A DNA stretch of 24,538 nucleotides from a virus (IMGVR_UViG_3300028588_000081:1-24538); one strand, 5' to 3'. Positions 8,940-17,784 are shown, counted from the first letter of the stretch. The notes: generated from the sequence alone by a model not told the origin. A program made the numbers and translations.

Positions 8940-9749
8940 TCACCAGAATTCGATAAGGGCGAATCCAGCGCCCCCATTATTGGAAGCTGCAATACCCTGC
9001 GCTTTCCCGCCGCCGCCGCCGCCGCCGTCACCGCCTGCGAACGCTGCAGAGGTGGCAACTACAATTCCCGCGGCACCTACAACCGTTGCGGCTACAGACG
9101 GCGGGCCTACTGACCCAGGCGAGCCACCTGGATACCCACCACCGCCTGGTGCTGCGCCCAAAACAAATTCAGACCCATTGCCACCATTCCCACCTGCGAC
9201 TGGAACGTTGATCGAAGTGCTTGTGCCAGCGGCGCCGTCGCCGCCCCGACCCGCCGCCCCGCCGCCGCCGGCATTACATTGAGACCCACTGCCCGTAGAC
9301 GTCCCGCCAATGCCGCCATTGAAATTGACAGCGCCGCCGCTCCCAATGCCGGCAACGCCAGGGATCAATACGTTTGCATTTCCTCCATTCCCGCCTAAAA
9401 GCCGATAGCCTGCACATTCGACGATGGTCGCAGCTCCATCAAATCTGACGCTGATAGATGTGCCGGGGGCAGCTCGCTCCTTATTCGTTCCGGCGAAGCC
9501 GGCACCGCCGGCCCCGGATGCGCCGCTTGAAGTGCTGCTTCCGATTCCACCGTCGCCACCTTTGCCCGTTGCGCCGGCGCGATAGTAGGTGGCCCAGTCG
9601 GGAATGCGTACTTGCTGATCGGTCCGCACAACCACGAATTTCGCCGGGAAACCTGCGATATTCGAGTCAAGACTCGCGACAGGACGACGCGGAAGACCGG
9701 GCCCGGAAAACGGCGCTCGCGGCAGCCCCTGAGGTTGATATGCCGCCAT
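8940..9749 (-). CDS. Glycine-rich tail fibre/receptor-binding-like protein
   Basis: Many GGxGG runs and a C-terminal GGAGFALIEFW. Start trimmed to ATG 9749 just after the upstream stop. Confidence 0.6.
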   Translation of the reverse strand: MAAYQPQGLPRAPFSGPGLPRRPVASLDSNIAGFPAKFVVVRTDQQVRIPDWATYYRAGATGKGGDGGIGSSTSSGASGAGGAGFAGTNKERAAPGTSISVRFDGAATIVECAGYRLLGGNGGNANVLIPGVAGIGSGGAVNFNGGIGGTSTGSGSQCNAGGGGAAGRGGDGAAGTSTSINVPVAGGNGGNGSEFVLGAAPGGGGYPGGSPGSVGPPSVAATVVGAAGIVVATSAAFAGGDGGGGGGGKAQGIAASNNGGAGFALIEFW

Positions 9750-9751
9750 GG

Positions 9752-10165
9752 TTAGAAGTCCGCCACTTCGGCCTGAAACACGACGTTCTGGGCCGAACCG
9801 AGACCGCCCCATAGGCTCTGGCCTGGGCCGAGGTTGATCGGCGTGGTTGGCGAGTAGTCACCGAACACCGCCTTCGTCGGGCCGTTCGTCGCGGACAGGG
9901 TCTGCACCTGAATGTTCGTCGAGTCCTTCAGGCGCTGAACCGTACCCGTCGCATTCGCACTCGTGAACAGGTAAGCCGGCGTCACAGCGGCCAGACTGGC
10001 GCGCGGGACTGCGGTAATGCGCGTGACACTCATCGGCTTGTCGGCAGGCGCGGCGCAGATCAGCACCGTATTGGTGGGGGCATCGGTATTGATGTTGGCC
10101 GCCGCGCCCGGCGGAACGCCGGATTCGACGTGCGGGCTGACAGCGAAATTGGGAGTGCTGGACAT
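9752..10165 (-). CDS. Hypothetical structural protein (tail-fibre cassette)
   Basis: 137 aa, Thr/Ala/Pro-rich, SD AAGGA, in operon. Confidence 0.7.
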   Translation of the reverse strand: MSSTPNFAVSPHVESGVPPGAAANINTDAPTNTVLICAAPADKPMSVTRITAVPRASLAAVTPAYLFTSANATGTVQRLKDSTNIQVQTLSATNGPTKAVFGDYSPTTPINLGPGQSLWGGLGSAQNVVFQAEVADF

Positions 10166-10174
10166 ATGGATTCC

Positions 10175-10759
10175 TTACGAAAGGGCGAGGTTGAGCGCGC
10201 AGACCTGCGCGATCCGCAGTGGGTAGTTATAGATGTCGGCCGGCTTCCAGCTGGTCGTGCCACCGACCGTGGTCAACTCAAAGATGATCGCGCCGCCGGG
10301 CTGGTTGGGCAGCGCAGTACTAAAGGCAAGCTGATCGACGTAACCCTTCGTGATCGCAGCCAAGCGGAAGGCAGTGCCGTCGTAGATCAGCGCGACGTAG
10401 CGGCCCGCTGGCAGGTCGCCAGGAAGCAGCGGTGAGCCGTCGACGGCCTGGATTGTCTTGGCACCCAGGCCGGATATGTTCAGCGTCGGCGCGCCGATAG
10501 TACTGGCGACCTTCGGCTTGAACACGACCATCATGTTTTCGGTGTAGGCGAGCAGCGGAGTGGCCGGGGTTAACACGCAGGCATCGACCACGCCCGTGTC
10601 GGCGCCGCCGATCAGCACCGCGCCAAGGAAGCCGGCAAAGCACTGGCGCAGCGCTGTTTTGAGAAGCCGGAGATGGTCATCACCCTGCGATTTCGGATCG
10701 CCGGTCGTTGGATTCGTTGCGACTAGGTCGCTGATATAAGTGCCGGTTTCGAGTGCCAT
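10175..10759 (-). CDS. Tail-fibre N-terminal/anchor-like protein
   Basis: MALETGTYISDL...GDDHLRLLK resembles podovirus fibre N-termini. Also PTLNISGLGAK and a KGYVD motif. Confidence 0.6.
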   Translation of the reverse strand: MALETGTYISDLVATNPTTGDPKSQGDDHLRLLKTALRQCFAGFLGAVLIGGADTGVVDACVLTPATPLLAYTENMMVVFKPKVASTIGAPTLNISGLGAKTIQAVDGSPLLPGDLPAGRYVALIYDGTAFRLAAITKGYVDQLAFSTALPNQPGGAIIFELTTVGGTTSWKPADIYNYPLRIAQVCALNLALS

Positions 10760-10766
10760 GTGTTTC

Positions 10767-11375
10767 CTACGGGGTGTTGGTATCGGTCCGGACAGCCAGC
10801 TCGCCGGCCGTGTCCTTCGTCGAGTTAGCCGCGCTCAAAGCGACTGCGTACTTGCCCTCCCATACCTGCTGGCCTTCGGCATCGCGCAGGTTGATCATTG
10901 CCTCGACCATCATTGCGGCCAGGTACAGGGACGGGTTCCTGACGATCAGCCAGTTCGTCGGAGTGTCCTCGCTCAGCGCCGGCAGCGTCTTGCGTGCGTC
11001 CAGCCCAAGCTGGTACACCGCATCCGGCTTCGGCCCGAGATAGATCAGGTCGCCGACCACCTTGTAGTGCCGGGGCGTGCTGGCGGCGCCGTCGTTGTAT
11101 CGCGCGTTGAACGCGTCGGCGGACAGGTAGCCGAGCGGGGCATGGCCGGGCAGGCGGATGGACCGGATCTCGATCACTTCCGGCGGTAGCGCCACGCTCG
11201 CGACGCCGGCCACCGTCGGCACCGTCGTAACCGATTCGATGCCACGCGCGTCCAGGTCGGCACTCATGCGCTCCTCGGCGAACAGGATCAGGTCGGGGAT
11301 GACGGCAGACAGATCGCTGCGACGCGTCCAGCCTTTCACCGAGGCGACGAGCCAGGCGTAATCGCGGGCGGCCAT
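10767..11375 (-). CDS. Head-to-tail adaptor protein (P22 gp4-position)
   Basis: IPDLILFAEERM, LGPKPD..Y and TNWL...PSLYL motifs. Size and synteny fit. Confidence 0.72.
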   Translation of the reverse strand: MAARDYAWLVASVKGWTRRSDLSAVIPDLILFAEERMSADLDARGIESVTTVPTVAGVASVALPPEVIEIRSIRLPGHAPLGYLSADAFNARYNDGAASTPRHYKVVGDLIYLGPKPDAVYQLGLDARKTLPALSEDTPTNWLIVRNPSLYLAAMMVEAMINLRDAEGQQVWEGKYAVALSAANSTKDTAGELAVRTDTNTP

Positions 11376-11659
11376 CAGAAGTTACCCTTCCAGATGCGGA
11401 ACATGGCGTTGTCCGGGTGCTGCACGAGGCGCTTGATGTGCACCGGGTCGGCCATGAAGTCCTGGAACGTCACACCGTGATCGTTGCAGTACTTCTCCAC
11501 GATCACGTTCGGGATACGGGCTGCGTGCTTCACGTCCGACGTGCCGTGCAGGCCGTCGTTGTGGCGGCGCACCGCGTCCTCGGCAATCGGCGTGCAGTCC
11601 TGCGAGCGGCCGATTACGAGCCGGTCGTCCTGCGTAAAGATGCGGGTTTCGAGTCTCAT
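11375..11659 (-). CDS. Phage hypothetical protein (94 aa)
   Basis: Start at MRLET (ATGA overlap with upstream stop). QDCTPI, HAARIP and FRIWKG motifs. Confidence 0.75.
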   Translation of the reverse strand: MRLETRIFTQDDRLVIGRSQDCTPIAEDAVRRHNDGLHGTSDVKHAARIPNVIVEKYCNDHGVTFQDFMADPVHIKRLVQHPDNAMFRIWKGNF

Positions 11660-12957
11660 TGCGTTCCTGGGTTTGAAAAGTGTCGGCGCATGACACGCCA
11701 GCGGTACGCGCGCACCGGGTTGGCCGGCGCCACGTTGCCGAGGTAGCCGTTGGCGAACATGGATGCGCCCTGCATGGTTGAAGCGAAGGCGCCGGTTGCG
11801 TGCGGTGCCGCGGTGCCGGTGGCGGACATCGAGGCGTCGGCCATCAGCGCCACCAGAGCGCCTCGGTTGATCACCACGCCGGCCGCGCTCATTGAGCAAC
11901 CAGTTAGCGCAGAGGCGAACGTCCCATACGGAACGCCCGCGACGCCGCCGGTTGCCGTCATCGCGGCGCCGGCCATCGTCGACGCAAAGTAGCCGACGTC
12001 TGTCGCTGCGCCAGACGCGGACATCGCAGCCCCGCCAAGCGCCGAGGAGAACGCGCCGGATGCCGGCGTGCCAGTGGCAACGCTGCCGCTCGCTGACATC
12101 GAAGCGCCGGCTAAGATGGATGTAAAGGCGCCCGAATCCGACAGGAAGCCAGCGGCCGACATCGCGGCCGGGCCGAGCGTCGAGGATAGGGTGCCCGTTA
12201 TGTTCGCCGGCACAGCAGCGAGGTAGTCGTCATCCTCGGCAGGGCTCTCAAAACCCTGCCAGAGATTGTTGTTCCACGCCTTGAACTCGCTGGCGACTAG
12301 CGCGCGGTCCCAAACATCGAACTTGTAGATGCGCGAGCCGTTCGGCAAGCGCTCGCCGTTACTGGCATACCCTAGGTACTGCTGGCCGGACTGGTCAAAC
12401 GTCTGCGCGTTGCTCGACGAGCCGGCGAAAGCCCCGTTGATATAGTACGAGACCGTCGTGCCGTCATAGGCGACGCCGATATCCACATCTACGCCGGCGC
12501 TAACGGTCCCTGTTGAACCTCCCAGGGCGACGGCCTGCTGCTTGACCAGTTCGATCTTGCCGGCAGCGGAAATCTGGATCTCGATGCCGCCAAAGTTGGA
12601 GCCGTACAGCGCCCCGCCGAGGCTACCGAATCGGACACGAGCTGCAAACGAAAAGGTGTTCGAACGTGGAGATCCGGACCCATTCGGGTCACCAATCGCC
12701 AGGGCGACACTAGCTAGGGTTCCCGTGCCGGCATCGTCAAAATTTATGTAATAGCCGTTTGGCCCCGCTACCCACTGGTTGCCCGATGTGGTCGACGGGA
12801 TGCCGACGCCGAACGCGCCATTTGCCCGGCCGACGGCATCGTAGGCAACACCAGGGCCGGCGACGTTCGTGCCCCAGGAGTGCCGCATGCCGCGCAGCAG
12901 CGGATTGGTGCGCGCCAGGCGCAGCGCGCCGGAAGGTTGCGAGCGCGCGAACGGCAT
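11656..12957 (-). CDS. Structural protein with LamG/concanavalin-A-like domain and C-terminal repeats
   Basis: FSFAARV, GVAYDGTTVSYYING and DVWDRAL are LamG-like. Followed by ~7 Gly/Ala/Ser/Met repeats. Confidence 0.65.
   Translation of the reverse strand: MPFARSQPSGALRLARTNPLLRGMRHSWGTNVAGPGVAYDAVGRANGAFGVGIPSTTSGNQWVAGPNGYYINFDDAGTGTLASVALAIGDPNGSGSPRSNTFSFAARVRFGSLGGALYGSNFGGIEIQISAAGKIELVKQQAVALGGSTGTVSAGVDVDIGVAYDGTTVSYYINGAFAGSSSNAQTFDQSGQQYLGYASNGERLPNGSRIYKFDVWDRALVASEFKAWNNNLWQGFESPAEDDDYLAAVPANITGTLSSTLGPAAMSAAGFLSDSGAFTSILAGASMSASGSVATGTPASGAFSSALGGAAMSASGAATDVGYFASTMAGAAMTATGGVAGVPYGTFASALTGCSMSAAGVVINRGALVALMADASMSATGTAAPHATGAFASTMQGASMFANGYLGNVAPANPVRAYRWRVMRRHFSNPGTQ
11748..12200 (-). 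repeat. Imperfect ~21-25-aa tandem repeats G-x-[FL]-x-S-x-[LM]-x-G-A-[SA]-M-S-A-x-G
   Basis: GTLSSTLGPAAMSAAG / GAFTSILAGASMSASG / GAFSSALGGAAMSASG / GYFASTMAGAAMTATG / GTFASALTGCSMSAAG / GALVALMADASMSATG / GAFASTMQGASMFANG. Confidence 0.8.
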
Positions 12958-13331
12958 TACAGGCCCGTCGCGGCTTGGGCTTCAACCGCCACCGTTACCG
13001 GATTCGTGGTATGCCCGAAGAAAATGACGCGCGCATACATCCAGTGCTTGGCCACGTCGACGGCCCAGGTATTCAGGCTGTTTGCCGTGGTATCGCCTAC
13101 CAGCGGAGTGCCATAGTCGCGCCAGGTAGCATCATCACCACTGACCTGGATCTGTGCCTGTGGTGGCGATCCTGGCGCGCTAGCACCGTTCGTGACGGCC
13201 ACCGTAATCCCGGTGCCGTAATTCGGCTGCATGTTGACTGTTGAACTCGTCCTACCTGGGGCTGACTTGGTGGTGTTGGCCGGCGCCGAGGATGGCGCGA
13301 GAACTGCGCTATAGCTGTTGTTTTTTGCCAT
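12957..13331 (-). CDS. Hypothetical phage structural protein
   Basis: 124 aa, beta-rich (IQVSGDDATW, YARV). TAATG overlap with the downstream gene. Confidence 0.7.
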   Translation of the reverse strand: MAKNNSYSAVLAPSSAPANTTKSAPGRTSSTVNMQPNYGTGITVAVTNGASAPGSPPQAQIQVSGDDATWRDYGTPLVGDTTANSLNTWAVDVAKHWMYARVIFFGHTTNPVTVAVEAQAATGL

Positions 13332-13333
13332 TT

Positions 13334-13741
13334 TTACTCTGCCTTGAACAGCTCGGCCTCAACCCGAAGACGGGTCACGTAGATTGGGAAAACTGCCAGC
13401 GCCTTCATCTCGCCGACTTCTTCGGCCGTGAATTGCAGCGGGGCGGCCATTTCGTCGATACTCGAGCGAGTGCTATCCGCGCCGAAGTCCAGGCCTTTTC
13501 CGTAGACCAGGGCGCGCCAAGCGATTTCGATGACTGCGTCAGCCGGTACGCCAGCTCGGAGCTTGCGCACGATGCTCTTGCCATTCGCGCAGCGGTTCAT
13601 GATCCCGAGCGCATCCACCCAGCACTCGCGCACTTCGGTGAGGCCTTCGGCGTTCAGCGCGTCCGCAAGCTTATCCAGCTCACGCTCTGCTACCAGCGGC
13701 GCCAGGTCGGGGCGCGCAAGGATTCGTTCGCGGATGTTCAT
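13334..13741 (-). CDS. Hypothetical protein (possible fibre chaperone)
   Basis: Start trimmed to MNIRER just after the collagen gene stop. Helical, charged composition. Confidence 0.65.
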   Translation of the reverse strand: MNIRERILARPDLAPLVAERELDKLADALNAEGLTEVRECWVDALGIMNRCANGKSIVRKLRAGVPADAVIEIAWRALVYGKGLDFGADSTRSSIDEMAAPLQFTAEEVGEMKALAVFPIYVTRLRVEAELFKAE

Positions 13742-13743
13742 GT

Positions 13744-14604
13744 TTATCCTGCGGCCTGCTCGACCGCGCTGATGGTGAAGGTGCCGGCCGTAGGGCACAG
13801 CACGAAATAGGCGCCCGCCGGCAGGTTGATGCCGTACGGGCTGCCGATGATCTGGTTCAGCGAAAGGCCAATCGTCAGTGCGCCGGTATTGCCGTTCGTC
13901 CAAGTGGCGGCGACGACACCAGTCGAGCAGGTCAGGCCGGCCGCGCCAATGCGCGCTTGGAGCGTGCACGTGCTGCCGCCGGTCAGGCTCAGGGAGGCCG
14001 AGCACTGCGGGCTGACCGTGATGATCGCGGGCTTTGTCGACGTGCTGGCCTGGTAGGCGGTCGACACGACGAGAGTGCGCGCCACGGGCAAGCCGAAGTT
14101 GAACGCCGGTGCGGGCGTGCCTGCGGGGCCTTGCGGACCAGCCGGCCCGGTTATGCTCGTGCCGTCCTTCCCGGTCGCGCCCGTCGCGCCAGTCGCACCC
14201 GGGTCGCCCTTGAGCGAAGCCAGCCAGGCGATCACCGTGCCTGCATAGCCCGCATCGGCTGCGACCTGGTAGGCGGAGCGACCGTCAGCGCCTGCTGGCC
14301 CGGCCGCACCCATCGCGCCCTGCGGGCCGATAGGGCCAGGTGTGCCGGCAGCCGCTGTCGCCGTCAGCACGCCGCCACTCACCGCCAGGCCGGAACCGAT
14401 CTGGATGTATGCTGGCAGTTGCGTGCTCTTGCGCCAGACCAGGATGCCGTCGGTCGTTGCCGGATTCTCCAGCGTGCGCAGGATGTTGCCGGTGTCAGCC
14501 GCGTTGCGTTGCGTGATGATCAGCGAGTTTGGGCCGGCGAGGGCGGGCGCAGCAGTGCAGGCGGCAAGCAGCACACCAACGGCGAGCATGATCAGTCGCT
14601 TCAT
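13744..14604 (-). CDS. Collagen-like (Gly-X-Y) protein with N-terminal signal peptide/lipobox
   Basis: MKRLIMLAVGVLLAAC-TAAPALA N-terminus. GXY runs GTPGPIGPQGAMGAAGPAGADG and GDPGATGATGATGKDG flank SAYQVA...WLASLKG. ATGA overlap at 14604. Confidence 0.8.
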   Translation of the reverse strand: MKRLIMLAVGVLLAACTAAPALAGPNSLIITQRNAADTGNILRTLENPATTDGILVWRKSTQLPAYIQIGSGLAVSGGVLTATAAAGTPGPIGPQGAMGAAGPAGADGRSAYQVAADAGYAGTVIAWLASLKGDPGATGATGATGKDGTSITGPAGPQGPAGTPAPAFNFGLPVARTLVVSTAYQASTSTKPAIITVSPQCSASLSLTGGSTCTLQARIGAAGLTCSTGVVAATWTNGNTGALTIGLSLNQIIGSPYGINLPAGAYFVLCPTAGTFTISAVEQAAG

Positions 14605-15002
14605 GGATTGCCTTCCGTGATGACAGCCGAGGTGCACGAGACCTGCACGCCGGCGGTGATACTCACCGTGTTGAGGTTGAAGTCTGCGCCGGCCGTGCCG
14701 ACGTCGAAATCCTTGACGAAAGCGCCGGTGGAGTCGACCGCACGCCCCCAGGTAGCGGTGCCGGTGGCCTTGGCCGACGGTTCAGGCGATATCGCCGAGA
14801 AGGTCAGCACGCCGCCCGATGCCGATGGCGCACTCGGGTAGGAGTAGGTCAACTCGGCCAGCAGGGTAGTCGCCGTTCCGCCGCTTGCCGGGCGCGTGCC
14901 GCTGTAGACGCGGAATTTGCCGGCGGCGCCGCCCTTGTCGATGTCCGTCTTGATCGCGTTGGCGCGCGTGTTGCGCAGCGCAGTATTCAGGGCGATGGTC
15001 AT
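14601..15002 (-). CDS. Phage structural/decoration-type protein
   Basis: YSGTRPA and ATGTATWGR motifs, Thr/Ala/Gly-rich, ATGA overlaps at both ends. Confidence 0.7.
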   Translation of the reverse strand: MTIALNTALRNTRANAIKTDIDKGGAAGKFRVYSGTRPASGGTATTLLAELTYSYPSAPSASGGVLTFSAISPEPSAKATGTATWGRAVDSTGAFVKDFDVGTAGADFNLNTVSITAGVQVSCTSAVITEGNP

Positions 15003-15283
15003 TCTTTGCTCCGCATGGCGTTCTTGGTGGCGTCGGCCCAGGCGATGGCGGCGGTGCGCGCTTCGCTCTCGGTTTCCTCGGAGCCGGTCATCTCCGACGG
15101 CTGGCCGTCAGCCGCATAGACGCGGCACAGCCAGGGCCAGCGGCCGTCGATCGGCTCGTCGGCGACGAAGTACTCGTGGTGCACGCGGGGATCGAGGGCG
15201 CCGCGCTGGTCGGCAGCAGTGACGACAGGGGCGTCTGCTTCGGGCGCGCCGGCCTTCTTGAAACGGTCGAGCCAGCTCATCAC
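14999..15283 (-). CDS. Hypothetical protein
   Basis: GTGATG overlap with the upstream stop (alternative start ATG 15280). Fills the operon gap. Confidence 0.65.
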   Translation of the reverse strand: MMSWLDRFKKAGAPEADAPVVTAADQRGALDPRVHHEYFVADEPIDGRWPWLCRVYAADGQPSEMTGSEETESEARTAAIAWADATKNAMRSKE

Positions 15284-15573
15284 AGACCCTCGCCGTTGGT
15301 GAAGTAGAGGTTGGTCGTGCCGCTCGCGCAGATTGCGGCGACAGCAGCAGAGGTGCCGGTGGTGAAGGTCTCGGTTGCGCCGGCCTTGATCGGCATTTTT
15401 GCCAGGGTCGCGGTCACATTCGCATCACCGAAGTGCAGGAATGCCGTCGCCGCCCCGTCGTTGACCACGCGCACCGCGTCGGAATTGACGTCGAGCGAGA
15501 CGCGCGAACTCGTTGTGGAAGCCGTCAAAAGCACCGTATCGGCACCGGACGGCATGAAGGTTTTCAGGGTCAT
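15280..15573 (-). CDS. Small beta-rich structural protein (possible head decoration)
   Basis: SD GGAG, first gene after the capsid terminator, Thr/Ala-rich, ends YFTNGEGL. Confidence 0.7.
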   Translation of the reverse strand: MTLKTFMPSGADTVLLTASTTSSRVSLDVNSDAVRVVNDGAATAFLHFGDANVTATLAKMPIKAGATETFTTGTSAAVAAICASGTTNLYFTNGEGL

Positions 15574-15586
15574 GGATTCTCCGGCA

Positions 15587-15614
15587 GAAACGAAAAACGG
15601 CCCCGAAGGGCCGT
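15587..15614 (-). terminator. Rho-independent terminator after major capsid gene
   Basis: Minus strand ACGGCCC-TTCG-GGGCCGT followed by TTTTCGTTT; UUCG tetraloop. Confidence 0.88.
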
Positions 15615-15634
15615 CTGTGCTGCGATGGGTTGGG

Positions 15635-16561
15635 TTACTGGACGTCGGCGACGATGCCGTTGGCCTTCGGGTTCACGGCTTCGAGCGTGTATTCGCAGAG
15701 GATCTGCTTGCGGATCGAGTCGCCGGTTTTCGCCAGGTCTTGGGTGAAGTACGAACGGAACCACGACATCTTCCACTTACCGCTTTCCAGCACGTGCACG
15801 TCGCGCGCGCGCTGGATGCGGTTCGGGACAGCCTTCAGGGTGCCGAAGTCCGACACGTACACGTCGACCGAGGCGAAGACCTTTTCGTCTTCAGCGTTGG
15901 TGCGGCGCTGCGAGTTGCCGGTGAAAGTGGAGAAGGCCTGCTTTTGCAGCGGACCCATCATGATCACGTTCGGGTTGCCGCCGTTGGCGTAGCACTTCTG
16001 CAGCACGTCCTTGAGCAGCGTCTCGGTGAACGCGCGAGTGGTGCCGTCGGTCTGCGCGACGTTGGTCACGTAGTTCGGCGCCACGTAGCCGACGCCGCCG
16101 TTGGCGTTGGCCGAGTCCACCCAGCCGACCAGGCCGCGCGATTTACGCGGGCCGGCAGCCGAGACGGCGTTTTGGGTCAGGCCGTATTCGATGTCGGTCT
16201 TCAGCTCGGCCGATTTCAGGGCCATCTGGTAGGCCATCTCCGACTTGCGGCCGGCGCTGTCGGTCGATTCCTGGGTGCCGGAGACTTGCACGGTCTTGCT
16301 GGCGATCTGCGTGCGGTTTTGCAGGCGCACGGTCGGGGTGACAACCACGTTGGTCGCGTCGTCGCCTTCGGCCTGGGCGTTGTCGCCGGGAGCGGCCAGG
16401 GCCTGGGTCTGGAATTCGTGCAGGGTGTTGGTTGCCTTGCCGGTGCCGATCATCGACAGGAACGGGGTTTCCGACGGCGAGATGCGCGAGATGACGTCGG
16501 TCAGGTCTTCGCGATTGCCCACAGCGGCGGTGGACTGGTAGGTATTGGTTGGCGCGGCCAT
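15635..16561 (-). CDS. Major capsid protein (SU10-like / DUF5309 family)
   Basis: GNREDLTDVI..ISP.ETPF, NRTQI..K, ELKTDIE, Y.SDFG and LAKTGDS motifs. Strong SD AGGAG, follows scaffold, followed by a terminator. Confidence 0.92.
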   Translation of the reverse strand: MAAPTNTYQSTAAVGNREDLTDVISRISPSETPFLSMIGTGKATNTLHEFQTQALAAPGDNAQAEGDDATNVVVTPTVRLQNRTQIASKTVQVSGTQESTDSAGRKSEMAYQMALKSAELKTDIEYGLTQNAVSAAGPRKSRGLVGWVDSANANGGVGYVAPNYVTNVAQTDGTTRAFTETLLKDVLQKCYANGGNPNVIMMGPLQKQAFSTFTGNSQRRTNAEDEKVFASVDVYVSDFGTLKAVPNRIQRARDVHVLESGKWKMSWFRSYFTQDLAKTGDSIRKQILCEYTLEAVNPKANGIVADVQ

Positions 16562-16581
16562 TTGAGGCTCCTAAATTGGGT

Positions 16582-17583
16582 TCACAGGAATGCGGAGAAA
16601 GCTGCAGCGGCGTCGTTGATCGAGCCAGATTTCTGCAGATTCTTCATTGCAGTGGTGCGCCCGTCGCCGGGCTTCGCGGTCTCGGCGTTGCCGGGGCGCT
16701 CGACCTTTGGCGGGGCTGCGGCGACCTTCTTCGCGGTACTGCGCGCGCGCTCCATCAAGGCATCGAATTGCATGGCCTTGTGAGCGAGGACGATCGAGCG
16801 GTGGTCGGTGAAATCCGTATCGCCGCCGTCATAGCCCTGGGTCGCCAGGTAGTCTTTGATCTTCGCCGCTGCCTCCTTGGCCTTGGCCGGGTCTTTCCAC
16901 TCGGGCAGCTTGGCAAAGAGTTGTTCTTGCTGCTGCATGAGGTTCTGACGCTGGGCTTCGGCCGCCTCGGTTTGGCGTTGACCGTTGATCTGCTGCAGTT
17001 CCTGCTGGGCCTGTTGAAGCTCGGCGTGTCGTTGTTGAACGATGCGTTGCGTCGACAGGTAGGCCACCGGGTCGGTCTGTAACAGTTCGTCTGTGAGCTG
17101 CGCCTGCAAGGCGTTGAGCTCGTAATTAGCTTGGCCGTAGACTTGCTCCAGCTTCGCCGCGTATTCGTCGCGCTGCGTGCGCGCCTGGGCTTTCTCGGCC
17201 TCGGCGGCTTTGCGTACCTCAGCCACTTCGGTGGTCTTGCGCGTGTAATCCTGCTGACGCATGCCGGCTTTGACGTGCTCGGCCATCTCGTCTGCGGTCA
17301 GGGTTACGTCCTTTCCGTCTACCTTGATCGTGAACGATTGCGGCTGAGCGGCCTGGTCGGCAGCAGGATCGACGCCTTCGGCTTCCTCGCGCGCCAGGCG
17401 CTCAGCAGCCTGCTCGTCGGTCTCTGCTTCGGCGCCGGCCGCTGCGGCTTCCGGCTCATCGCCCAGCACTGCGGCAAAGGCATCGGCCGCGCTCGACGTG
17501 GTCAGGGCGCCGCCAGTGGATCCGGTCGTGCCGTCGCCTGCTTCATTCATCAGACGGCGGGGTTTCCAGTATTTCAGGTGCAT
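16582..17583 (-). CDS. Capsid scaffolding protein
   Basis: Acidic N-terminus, IKVDGK.V...E....G.RQQDYTRKT motif, coiled coil. Directly upstream of the capsid gene. Confidence 0.85.
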   Translation of the reverse strand: MHLKYWKPRRLMNEAGDGTTGSTGGALTTSSAADAFAAVLGDEPEAAAAGAEAETDEQAAERLAREEAEGVDPAADQAAQPQSFTIKVDGKDVTLTADEMAEHVKAGMRQQDYTRKTTEVAEVRKAAEAEKAQARTQRDEYAAKLEQVYGQANYELNALQAQLTDELLQTDPVAYLSTQRIVQQRHAELQQAQQELQQINGQRQTEAAEAQRQNLMQQQEQLFAKLPEWKDPAKAKEAAAKIKDYLATQGYDGGDTDFTDHRSIVLAHKAMQFDALMERARSTAKKVAAAPPKVERPGNAETAKPGDGRTTAMKNLQKSGSINDAAAAFSAFL

Positions 17584-17586
17584 TCT

Positions 17587-17784
17587 TTATCCTTCGATGG
17601 CGATGATTTCGCCGGTGGAGACTTGATAGGCAGGGGAGCCAATGAGCACTTCGGCGTTGATGCCGTTGCCCAGGTCGAGCAGGTCGCCGCGCGGGTCTGG
17701 ATACCAGACGCGGGTGGCCAGCCGCGCATCGGCGCGCGCGGCGTCGATCACGTCCAGCCAATCCCGCACGCGGGCCGGCTTCAA
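17587..17784 (-). CDS. Hypothetical protein (65 aa from TTG; frame open upstream to ATG 17967)
   Basis: TTGA overlap with the stop of the upstream gene. Fills the gap before scaffold. Start uncertain. Confidence 0.5.
   Translation of the reverse strand: MKPARVRDWLDVIDAARADARLATRVWYPDPRGDLLDLGNGINAEVLIGSPAYQVSTGEIIAIEG

Noticed and set aside
15311-16783. 490-aa plus-strand ORF
   Set aside because: Antisense shadow of the major capsid gene, and it crosses a terminator.
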